NCBI GenBank assembly: GCA_965649765.1
Contig: OZ287754.1
Span: 41,788,001-41,852,000 of the forward strand
Source of the DNA: Bispira polyomma
Lineage: Eukaryota
Direction of reading: 5' to 3'
DNA: 64,000 nt
Below, in pieces: positions 12,845-25,500 of this stretch. The notes beneath the pieces are model-generated. The model was not told the DNA's origin. It saw nothing but the letters and a program-made list of their open reading frames with translations, and made no database searches. How positions within the stretch are numbered: the stretch's first letter is position 1; the number at the start of each line of letters is the position of its first letter. The position numbers and the translations under genes were made by a program.

Positions 12845-14229
12845 TGCATAGCAAGTCAACTGCAGGGGAATGCTAGTGCAGTTCAACCTTTTTACTAAAA
12901 ATTGTTAGCTCTACCTTATGCCCTAGCGAATGAATTGGCATATTCCCTCATTCTGTTTATCCTAGCTTCTGACCACTCACAGGCTTGGGCAGTAGCTTCC
13001 CTCCATATTGAATTTATATTTAACCTATGAATAGGTCAACCCACCCAATCTCCTTCTACCAGTAGAAAGACATGGTCATTTGAGCTTAAGGTGTTTTTTG
13101 TAATTTTGAACAATTTTTCTGGCTATTAAAGTCTACTTCATATTTTACTTATTATTGGCCGGGTTAGATTGGGGCTATTTATTTCTAGAAACAGAAGACC
13201 CATTTCCCGAAAAAATATGTTTTGAATCTTGAGCATTTCTTTTTTCATAGTAGTTCTAAAGCTCTCCTTCAGAAACTTGGAGAGCTTTAGAACTACTCCG
13301 AAAAAAGAAATGCTCCCAAACTAATGGATAGAAATTGGAAATTGACTGTTTCTGCAAAAAATACCTCCCAATCTAACCCGCCCATAGGGACTGTCTCTTA
13401 AGTGTCTTTTGGACACTTTGCCAAGCTAATAATAATGTACAGGATATAACACTATTGTGAGGTTACCATGTGTCTGTTACAGGCTTGAGACCTGAAGTAA
13501 CAAGGTCTGTATTAATCCGACCTGGTTGTCATATTAGTTGGTTAGGCAAGTAATAAACAAGTTTCACACAAAATGAGAAATTATCGACCTGTTAAGCCTT
13601 ACAAGATAATATACTGAACACTTGAGAATGGACGTTTATGTGTCATTTATGGCTGGTTCGTATGAACTGGTAGCAAGTTAGATTACTATGAACGTATGAT
13701 ACACCACACAATAATAAGGTGCATAGCGACGTAATAGTTGTTGCAGATTTGTTTGTGTTGTTAGAAGTGATCACTTTACTGGCAATATTAGGAATTGACT
13801 GGATGGTAGCACTAATTTTAACTCCCTTGGGGTAGTAATATACTAAATAAGCCAGATGACTGATAGCGTTGTATAGGTTGTAGTAATGACTACCATTTAG
13901 TTTTATTTTATGTTTAATTTTATGTTTAGTATATGTTGTCCCTTCTCACTGCCAATGATTATTTATCTGTACTGGGCTTTTAATTTGTCTTGTTTTATGG
14001 CTGGTCCTTGTTTTTGAATGTTTAGGATGTGTTATCCTGTTGTGTTATTAGCCTGTGGGGGGCTTAAAATTCTATTTACATGCAATTTTAACTTCTTTTG
14101 TTGTCAACCTGTACATAAATATTAACCTGTATAATAAAACCTTAATTGAAATCTTTTATTGTCTTCCACTTTACTTATACCTTTAACCTCTACCAACTTC
14201 ACCTCACTCATTACTCATCATCTGGACTG
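12845..14229 (+). mobile_element. Non-coding Ngaro-like derivative (TGCA...ACTG termini, no TSD)
   Basis: Empty paralogous site gtacaaa^caggacaa at ~4283; 5' end resembles repeat A (tgca..gggg..tag..cagttc..ccatattgaatt); 3' end ggactg. Confidence 0.6.
13156..13384. mobile_element. Palindromic (foldback) MITE
   Basis: gggttagattggg/ccaatctaaccc and gtagttctaaagctctcc/ggagagctttagaactac nested inverted arms. Confidence 0.65.
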
Positions 14230-14571
14230 CAGGACAACTGATTAACATTGGTTCATGATTTAACAATAACAAATAAGAATAACACACAGAAACAGGCATC
14301 ACATGCACCCAATCAAAGGAATTATAACTACATCGACCAGAACCCTCAAGGAAGTCAGTGGGGGTATGTAATCCACACTGTGCTATTTATTTTCAATGAT
14401 CTTCAATGGTTATCTCACACAATCTTACACAATCACAAGACTTCCATAAGACCTTCATATGGCCGATCCTCATAAATCTGAACTGGTTGTCCATATTTGC
14501 CATTCGGTCATACGATAATCGAAGACCAAATTGCTGTGTGAATGTCACTAAGAATTAGTAAGACCTTTGTC

Positions 14572-15613
14572 TGGTATTTCATAGGTCTGTGATGTCTGAA
14601 AAGACTACTATGAAATTTTCATGTCCGAAGTTGAACTAGAAAGGAAATTTTGTACAACCATAGATATTTGCAACCAAACTATTAGTGCAATAACTGCTCA
14701 ACTAAGAAAGTTGTCAAAATATAAATCAAATCGTCTCACAGCAAATTATATAAATATACCTAATGAGTGTTTAAAAAACATTGATTAAATTAAAAGTCCA
14801 CAAGTATATACATATTTTATTGTCACTTCTTCTAAAATTCCATCTAGTCAAAATAAATGGGTAGAATACTGACCATTTATGGAGACTGTGGACTGAAAAA
14901 ACATTTATGTCTTATCTATCAAAACTGTTATCTCAAAAATGAGAAACCATATTTGTGATAATTATGATTTAACAGTTTTGGTAGTTTACTGGGTGCACTT
15001 AATTGCAATCTTAAATATTATTATATTGTCAATTATGTTATCTTAGTGGAAAAATATTTAATCAGCAAATCGAAAAAACAAAGTCAAGACTTACACTTTT
15101 AAAATTTTCTGAAGCTTATGCTGGGGCAGAGAGTGTATACTAATCAAGGTAAAATGAAAGTATTTGAAGAGAAACTTGGTTTATTGAATTGTATTTTTTA
15201 AATGCATAGGCTCATTTTGCACTCAAACCTGTAATTGATCATATTTGTATTACAGTTACTGTTATGTTTCATGTAGCAATTGTACTTATATTATCATGAT
15301 CGCTTTTGTTATTGTAACTTACTATTCTCATTTATCCTTTTTCTTTTATGTTTTTGTAAGTCTGCTATGTCAAAAAGAAATTTCTAAAGCTCTATTGTAA
15401 TGTAAAAATTAGTAAAACCTTCATTTCAATGAGGTATGGTACAAACTGATAACAAGTGTATTTTGTACAAGAACAACAAAAAGTGTCTTTTCTTTGAAAT
15501 TGTATATTATTGTATTGTGTAATGTCTTACTGTTTTGTGAAACTGTATTTGTAATGTTAGTTGTTTTAAATGTGTATACTCAAAAAGATTAAGAAAAAAA
15601 TAAGAAGAAAAAA
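14572..15613 (+). mobile_element. 5'-truncated L1/Tx1-like LINE fragment
   Basis: 7-bp TSD ctttgtc (14565-14571, 15614-15620); A-rich tail; remnant NYVILVEKYLISKSK; empty site at ~4660. Confidence 0.7.
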
Positions 15614-16590
15614 CTTTGTCCTTCATACAGTCTTTAATGTTTTTGGCCATAATTAGGTCATAAGCGGTCTTTGAAAGGTCTTAACCTTTGTGTGGTTGAG
15701 GCTTTATGAATAGCGTAAAAATGTATGACCTTAAACAAACTTGCTCAGAAAATAGTATTGAGTAGACGGTTATATTTCGTGCAAATTTTCATTAAGGGAT
15801 GTATGTATAGTATGCCACAAGCTAACTCCTGTCCGAGGACTGGGTTCGAATTAAATTTCTCCAAACAAACTCATTAAAAGCTAACATAGTCTTAGATCTC
15901 TAGAAAAACTATACTACATAATATACAATTGAAATAAACACAAAATAATAACAAGCTAACTGTGTTAACAAAATTGGCTGTCAACAACAATAAAGATGAA
16001 AGTGTATTTCAGTCCATGTAGGAGGCCTCTTCCCATGTAGTGCCTCCAGCCTTTTCACTAACCTCAACCTAAATTTGTCATAATAAAAGGTATGCATTTT
16101 TTTCACAGAATTGAAACATTGACTGAAATACATTGAATGGAGTTGATTTTAGTCATTTATCTTTGTATTAATTTTACTGTGTTTTTTTTGGTTTGTCTCA
16201 CGGTGTGTTTTTTTTCAGAGAGTATTATAGAGAGCAGTTGACAGTATGGGAGGATGAAAACCTGTGTTCAAGAAGAATGCAGCAGATGATAATAGACCAC
16301 CAGCTACGTCTACCACTGCGGACAGTAATATATGGGAAATATTCAGGCCAGTATTTTCTAAAGTTCAAAAAGTAATACCATAACAGAGAAGCGTGCTAGA
16401 TAGATGGTAGATACCAAGCTGGTAATGGCAGTAATAGTAATAGACCAGGAGTACAGCTGCTAGAGATTCAACTTGCATGAGAGACAATTTGTTACAAGGT
16501 ATGTAATGTTGCCTCATTTAGCTAGAAGAACAGGCTATAGAAGACAGAAAAGCAATGGACACATTTAGTCGACAAACTTCAATCTCAAGA

Positions 16591-19500
16591 TCAGATGTTT
16601 TTTGTTTCCTGCACTTCTTCTCTCTGCCTCCCCTCTAATCCGAAATGTCCATAAGTGTAAACGTAATGTCCTCCTTTTCCTGAATTTCTTGCACTGGGTG
16701 ACCTCTTTTCTGTATTGCTCGCGTCGTTTCCATCTTCAAATCCATCGTAGTAAGGATTATCCTGTAGGCTTCCATCCATGCCTGCCAAGTCACTAACATT
16801 ACGTGCATCATGTATCCTTGTTGTACTATCCTTTATAGGCTCAGCGTGTTCTCCACCTACATTGTTCATATCACCTACCAACTTCACGCCTTCTTCGTTC
16901 TTCCTAATACTATCTGGTGATGGCCCATATGCCATGTATTGATCATTTTCTACCATTGCTTTTCCATTGTCAAAACTTTTTGACTTTATAACATTTTTGG
17001 CATCTGGGAGATCAGAGTCAAGGTATGATTTATTTGATATATTTTTCTGAATATGTGCATCATCATCACTTGAAACACGAGCACTCAAATTAGACATTGG
17101 CAATGGTTCATCATCGGATGACTTTATTTTGTCATCACCTTTGACAATTGATGAGCAACATCTGTCAAAGCAACAGTTATATGTTGTTTAGGTGTACAGT
17201 TGTATTGAACTTGTATAGTTTTGGTAAAATTATACTCATAAAAATTGAAGGTTCTTTTAGCTTTTTTAGACAAGAACTCAATAATTATAGTCATATACTA
17301 ATATAAGAAAATCTACAAACTTACTGAAAGTAGAGCAGTGTGCCCATAATACCAACTATTAGACTTATCGGGACAGCAACTGCCAAACCAACAACAGATA
17401 CATCAACTGAAAAAAATACAATATGAAACTAAAGCAATGACACTACTATTAGTGTTGCAAAGAAGACACTCAGGATTGCATTATTTAAAGGTATAGTAAC
17501 GTAAACACAGAAATACGTCGCCGATAAATCATACTGCATTTGCGCAAGTTTATTTTTATCTGTATACACACTATGGCAGCCTTAAAATGCTTCTTCAGTA
17601 AGGTTTTCACCTATTTTTATGTGTCTAAACAATTTAAAATGTTAATACTTTGCTATAAAACTATAAAAACACCCATGTAACCATTCTTATATTGTGACGT
17701 CACACAATTTGACCTCTATGGAGGAACGTCATATTTGTAAACAAATCTCGAAGACAAGCCTTTCTATTGTGACACAATACAAGTATGCAGACATATGCAG
17801 ACATTATATACACTAAACAACTTCAGAAAACATGTATATTATTTTGAATGATTTACATTTTTCAATATGTTTGCTTATTTTATAAAAACACAGAATACAA
17901 AACATGTTTTTGTTTAGGAGAGTGTAACTAATGTTTTTCTAAAATTATCCCCATTTTTGTGCACTTTTTAAAAAAGAATTCATTCAAAATAATGCTGATG
18001 TTTTCCTTTTTCTATTCATGTACAATACTTCAGTATTGATCCCTTTTTGGTATATGAATTGTGTCACGTTTGTGAAGCATGTACTTTGAAAATATTACCC
18101 ATTTTAGTTACAATTTTATACACGGCTATATGTATTGTATGTCTCAAGATACCTATTAAAATGATACGTAAAATATATGAATTAGTATATAATTAAAATA
18201 TATGTCATTCTTTATTATTTCTACTCCTGGAAATGTAAATATGTTATCTATAAATCGAGTTTAAGGCCACAAAGAAAAAGTTGTGCAGTTTCTGAGAAGC
18301 TCGAGCACATATGACTGTTTATCGGCGATCGTTTTTTGTTTTTACGTTACTAAAACCTTGACATCAGCAACACATTTTGCTCCAGGCATCAACATACGGT
18401 AAAGTGGGCCTTGTGGCGGAATGTTTATACACTCACTTCCTACCTCTACAGTCGTGGGTTTGAATCTCGGGCCCTGGTGTGTATGTGGGAAAGTTGACTT
18501 ATAGATTTGCAGAAGGTCAGTGGCTTGCAAGGCAAAAAAACCTTGACTATCTACCCTGCTCTAATATCCTCCACCAGTGAACTGCCCATCGTGATATGGA
18601 AAGACATGTCAAAGTGACTTTAAACCTAAACTAAACCCAGCCTGAGGAAAAACGTGTATTTACCAAAACGTGTGGTGAGGCCTGCTAGGACATTGGTGAG
18701 AGTTTTTGTGCTAGGCCAAATCAGTTTCATAGAAAGTATAGTACCCACTAGAGACGCCCTGGTAGTACTGTAATTTATCAAAAATACTCAAACTATTCTT
18801 GGTAGACACCATCTGTAAATTAATCTAAAATACAGTTTTTACTAATTCTATAATGTTTATATCCAAGTAGATTTTAGGGCCTTTGTTACCTCTCTGATCA
18901 CATCCACTGTTTGTCCTAGCCCCAGCAAATACACTTTCTGTGGCACTACGGTCACTTGTTAATTCTGCAGTGGCCGTTTCAGTTGACAAACCGCCACCTC
19001 CAGCATCTGTTTAAAGAATTTATTTGGAATTATGTATACTTTAACAGGCATACATTTGCTGCTTGTTGAAATTGTTTGACACAGACACAAAGAGACACAA
19101 AAGAATGTTGTACTTAATCGAACACTGAGTTAATATCTATAGGCGCATCATTCCTGATAGATTAGTTTGGATGACTCCATTGTTTTGAATATGTCTGGTG
19201 TTATACAGCAGGAAGTCAGAGCAGTATAAGTGATTAAGATAAGCGGATTTTTGACAAGTGTTGTCATAAACTTGTCCACTTTTTTAGGTTTTCATGAAAA
19301 ATTAATCTTAAATTTTAAGCTCTGATAAAACACAATAAAAAAACAGCTTTACTTCACTTGAAACATATTTACTTATAATTACCAAAGATTTTGCTGGCAT
19401 TTAAGAAGCTTGAAAAAAGTGGACAAGTTTATAACATCGGACAAGATTATGACAACCCATGTAAGTACATGCTGAAAGAATACAATTATACCATACGCAA

Positions 19501-22500
19501 TTACCTTCCCAGGAGCTGGAGCGCTCTCTCTGTAATTTATTAAATAATACATAGAAGTATATATTGTAGGAAATCCCAAACCAACTGGGTTCTCTACTTT
19601 CGACTTATCACATTTTCACAAACTAGTCTTGCTGAAGTCTCCTAAAAGTTCAAATCAATTGGTAAAATGAAGGATGTTCCACATCCTACTGTCCCTGAAT
19701 ACTTCAAACAGGTTATAGTTTACTACTTGAACAAGAAAAATGGCAAACTTTAGACACCATCTATTCAACTCAAGTTATTGCAATACAGAAAAAAAGCCAT
19801 ACTATAGAAGTTTTTTGGGCCACCTATAGAATATAATTATATTTATTGAGATAATACCTAATAATTTAGTGACATAATATGTCCATTAATTGAGATATTA
19901 AGTTGATTAATCGAGATATTATCCCAATAGACATTTTTAAGTGGATGACTCTAATAATCTTCCACAATCCAACAGTACCTGATATATTATATTGCTCACT
20001 GAAGAAAAGCAATCGTATTACAATAATTGGGGTTTAATATTGCTTTAAACACATTTTATCGGTACTACAATGAGAGAAAAGCAGTGCATATTAGTTAGTT
20101 AACATTCTGCACTGTAAACCACTGGGCATCAACAAGTAAATGCCAACATTTCCCACATAAAGCCACCGCCAAGATTTGAACCTGCAACCTCAGGCAAGTG
20201 TGACAAACACTACGCCACCAAGCAGTCCATGCACAAATATTTGCACAGTAAAATCGAATCATTTTAGAACACCAAAAAGTGAGTGATATTTACTGTGAAA
20301 ATGACATTTCGACAAAATTTGTATTGCAAAATATTGTTTTAAAAATATATTGGGATATATTAAGGCTTTAGTAACGTGAACACATAAACGGCCGGAGAAT
20401 AAGCATGTTATTTTTACGAAAGTGATTTCTAGTCTATGATGATTTTAAAACTACACTTTAGTAACCTTTTTAACCATTTTTATATGTCCAAACAATTTAA
20501 AAGAATAATACTATGCTACAGAATAATACTATGCTACAGAATAATACTATGCTACAAAAATATAAAAACACCCACGCCACACAATTTGAAAATCTATGTA
20601 GAACGTCATATTAGCAAACAAATCTAGGAGAGAGCCCCGTCTATTGTGACACAATACGAGTATTGATTCAACACAAATGCAGACATTATATACACTAAAC
20701 AACTTCAGAAAACATGTATATTCTTTTTAATGATTTACATTTTTCAGTATGTTTCCTTTGCACATCACGACCCAATAGGGGTCTGATAGTTCAGTTCCTA
20801 AACCCCCTCCTTCTTATTCTAACACTACCTTAATTGGCTTAGGTATCCTCTCCTTTCTTCGCTCTATCCCTTTGTGGCACCCAATTAGGGGCCCTCTCTG
20901 CTTTGACTTATTTATCCCCCTTTTCCACCATATTGAATTAAGTGATTCAACAGGCAACATCAAGAAATTTTAAATTTAAAAATACTTGGAAGAGACCTTT
21001 TATTTTTACTTGAAAGTGTTTTTATATATTTTATAACTAGTTTATAGTGTTGCAAATATGGGGAGGACAAGAAAGACCCCTTTGAGCGTGCCACTTAAGG
21101 ATAAAAAACATGCACCTACCAAGAAGCTGACAACTTCTGTTTGTGTTTCGGATCCGATAGCCATGAATTTAGAAGGATTATTAAAAGATATACGGAACCT
21201 AATCCGACCGGCAGTAATCAAGCTAATCTCAGGGACGTCATGGCTGTGCTTCAAAGGTTAGAAACGGCAAATTCAGATATCAACAGACGTCTTGACAGAG
21301 TCGAGTCCTGTGCATGCAGTTCTACTCCCGTTGGTTCACCTTCCGCCTCCAGAAACGGATCCATTTCGAACAAACGCCAGGCGGGCCAATTTGCACTCCC
21401 GATACCTCCCACTCGAGACCCTGCTTATCATCAGCCTAGGGCGTCGCACCACGACTACCAGAGAGATGGCATTATATCCAAAGTAGATGTCTTAAGATCA
21501 CTCCCAGAGGTAACTGCAGCCGTGAATCTCTGCCTCACTACTTATGACGCCCAGCTGCGTACAGAACTTACCCAAGGTAAGCCATTACTGCGACAAAAGT
21601 CGCGACGTTATCATACCACCGACATCGCCAATGCGGATCCACAACTCAGGTGGCCGAATGAGGGTTGTACTGGGGTATCTAGCAAAAAGAGACCCGCGTT
21701 TGACGACCTAACACTTCCCCAATGGGCAGCCGAGCAATTATTAAACGTATCTCAAGTCCAGGACCAAACTTTACTAAGACAAATGCTTGACCAGGTGATT
21801 AACTCGTTGAAGGACGCTTCCTCTCTCCCATAGCCAGCAGTTAGGGCGGCATGGGCCGCTAATATGCAAGAGGTGGAGGAGGGGCGAGATGCTACTCAAT
21901 GGGCGTTAACACGTATGAGCGTTTCTCAGCCAACAGTTTTGAACAGCCAGCATACAAGTACAGGAGCGGTTTCTCAGAAGGGCAAGCTACTGTGTAAGTT
22001 TTAGAACTTTGGCAAATGTAATCAGGAAGGGGATAACGAGCAGTACCGATATATTTGTTCCTACTGCCACAGAGATCTTAACATGGATGCTTCCCACCCG
22101 GCAGCAAAATGTGAAAAAAATAACACAAAAGCTAATCAGAACCAGGAAAACAAAGCCTAGGGGTACAGTCAACAGCTAACTGAACGAACAATTAGAAAGT
22201 GCAGGTATCTGGGTAGTAGTGTAAATAATGTGGTTTGTTCTTGTGATGAGTATAGGCAGCAGAAAGTATATAGAACTGTAATTGACAATGACTATACTTA
22301 ATTGTGTTTTAATAATAGCAGTAATGTAGTAGAATCTCAGACAGCTTGTGTTTTGGCCAACTTAAATGAGGGTGTTATGGGCTGTGATGAAGGAGCACAT
22401 AATGACAGTATTTATCAGAGCAATGTTAGTGATCAGATATTACAATTTTCTGTAAAAGGCATTACCTCTGGAGTAATGTCCAGTGATTATGATGTAGAGT

Positions 22501-25500
22501 GTAATGATATAAGTACTGAAGGTAACGGGGTTACCAAGGGTAACTATCAATTACATAATGACAATTATAAAAGTAATAATCAAAGTCACGGTGGCATAAG
22601 TTCCTTGGCTACTGTGTCCATTTGTAACTGGATGAATCAAGGTATTCACAATGTAAATAATATTGTCTATCTAAATGTGCATGATTGTCCCAGGGCTTCC
22701 GGTTTCTGTTACCCAAATTTTGGTGCTGATGGTTCTTACCAATTTAATGCTTGTGGGCAAGTCCCTGACTCCTATTTGGAGATCATATCAACTATAGAGA
22801 TAAAGGTCTATATTGATCCAACATACTGGGCTTACAACTAGTACACTTTAGAACAAAGGCAGCATGCCAATAATGTCCATTACTATCATAACAGAGACCT
22901 GGAATGGAATGGCACTTATGGCTGTGATTATACGCAGCACGTTGAAAAACTTATTGATGGTATAATTGATAGAGATGATTCCACTGGGGATAATAATAAT
23001 GCACCCATGCTGGAAACTGACAGTGAACCTGACAGTGCAAGAATCACACCCGTCCGCTCTTCTGACAAACAAGCTGACTGGTCAGGTGACCAGGACAGCG
23101 AATATTTCACTAGTTTGATCAAACATGGCAAAAGGCATACTTCACTTACTGATAACAAGGCCACTGATATTCATGATAATGCAAAGGCTTTCTTAAGCTA
23201 TCAAATGTGGATTTTGAATTTACTGGCCCAGATAAGGAACCTTTGAGTATCACTACTGTTGACAAAATGCTAGAAATAACTGAAATTATTAGAAACACAG
23301 GTGTTCCCAATTTTAGGGCTGCCAGAATTCCTTTAAGTTATGGCCTCAACATTAAGGCTTGGGAAAACATACTTACAGATCATCACAACAAAATACTATT
23401 ACAGTACCTCAAGTTTGGGTTTCCTCTGTCTCTGGAAAATCCTCAACTACTGCATAACAACAACTTGAACAATCACCACTCTGCTACACAATACCCTCAA
23501 GAGGTGTTTAAGTATCTTGAAAAGGAAAAGTCTAAGGGTGCCATATTGGGCCCAGTTACCCAGATAACAGATAACCATTATCATACTTCTCCCTTGTTAA
23601 CCAAACCAAGACATTGACAAGTGTAGAATTATTTTCAATTTATTTTATCCTCATGACCTCTCAGTTCACAGTCAGGAACTAAGTTTGCCCTCAGGTTTCC
23701 TACCATAGATCACATTACTGAGGCAATTAGAAACACCAATGAACCAGTTATGTTCAAAACGGACGTTTCTAGGGCCTTTAGGAACCTCAGGGTTGACCCT
23801 GTTGACGCGGTGAAGTTAGGCATAAATTGGGACAATAAATCATATGTCGACGCTGCCGTGGCTTTTGGCTGGGCCCACGACAGTGCATCTTTTCAGCGCT
23901 GTTCAAACATTATAGCCGATTACATGAAGGATCAAGGGTTCACATTGTTCTGTTACATTGACGACTATGCATGTATTTGCAATAGAGAAAAGGCCAGTAA
24001 GGGTTATGACCTTCTTCATGACATACTTCTGAAGCTTGGTCTCCCCATCAACCAAGAAAAATCAGTTCTTCCTGGTACGTTTACAACTTTCCTAGGCATA
24101 GACATAGACATTCAGGAGGGCATTATTAGCATTAATCAAGACAAGATTGATTCTATTTACCATGAGCTTCAGGCCACTGTTCAAAAATCCTGGTTATTAC
24201 GAACAAAATATCAATCTATGGTAGGGAAACTCCTATGTGTGCATAAGTGTGTCTGCCCTGCCAGAATCATTATAAACAGACTATTAGCTGTGTTTAGGGA
24301 TAACCCTCAAGCCAAACGCTTTAAGGTTACACACAATATAAGACAAAATATTGCTTGGTTCTTATCTTTTCTTCCTATGTACAATGGCATCACATATATT
24401 ACACCCAAGGACATTCAACATATGCAAGAATTCCACTTAGATGCTTGTCTGACAGGCTTTGACGGCATTTGGGATAAGGAAGTATATGCCACCCCTATAT
24501 ACAACATTTACAACAAAACTCTGGCCATCACACAGCTAGAAATGTTGAACATCATTATAGCTTTGAGGTTATGGAGTAAAAACTGGGCCCACCAGAGAGT
24601 CACAGTATGGTGTGACAACCTGGCCGTGGTGTTAGTTGTTGACACTGGTAAAACTAGGGATTCCTTTCTTGCCATATGCATTAGAAACATATGGCTTTTA
24701 GCTTCTACCTTTGACATAACATTGAACATAAAACATCTTAGGGGTAAGAAAAACATTAAGGCGGATGCTTTATCCCACATTCACTCTGCCAATTCCCCCA
24801 ATGCAGATATAATGAGAGAACTAAACACTTATTCATGGAGACACATACCTGTAGAGTTCTTTAACTTAAATTATGTTATATAACTACAGGTGCAGCACCA
24901 TCAACCTTACCTTTGGCTCTGGCAGCAGTTCAACGACTAGATGCTGCTTTGAGGCCATCTACAAACAGTGCATATATCTCACAGTTCAAGACTTATTTAG
25001 GGTTTTTGCATTATTCAGGCCTGCAGCAGGTCTCAGTACATTCTATCCTGGCTTTTCTGGAGTACCTTACCCAGCACAATATTTCCCCAAGGTAATGAAT
25101 AATTATGTTACTGCTCTCAAGTTTATGTTCTCTAAATATAATCTAAACACACAGGTGTTAACCCACAAGTAGCTGTCAATGTTCCTTAGGAGCCTGGCAC
25201 TCTCATCAAACTTCAAGCCTCAGAAAAAGGGGATCTTTGATCTAGTGATGCTTCAAAATATCTCAAGAACTTGTTCAATACTCAATGACCCAATTTTATA
25301 CAGGGCCATCTTTCTAGTTTCTTTTTCCGGTTTCTTAAGGATGTCAAATATCGCCCCCCATTCCAGGAGTAGGTTTGACCCTACAAGACACTTCCTGAGG
25401 CAAGATGTAGTGTTTGGCCGACCAGGGGCCCATCTCATTCTCAAGTGGGCTAAGAACATGCAGAATAGGACTGATACTCATGTAGTTTAATTACCCATTC

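Noticed and set aside
19505-19529. Possible 25-nt micro-exon in gene B
   Set aside because: Not frame-preserving with the best acceptor, and the donor is lost in the A paralog
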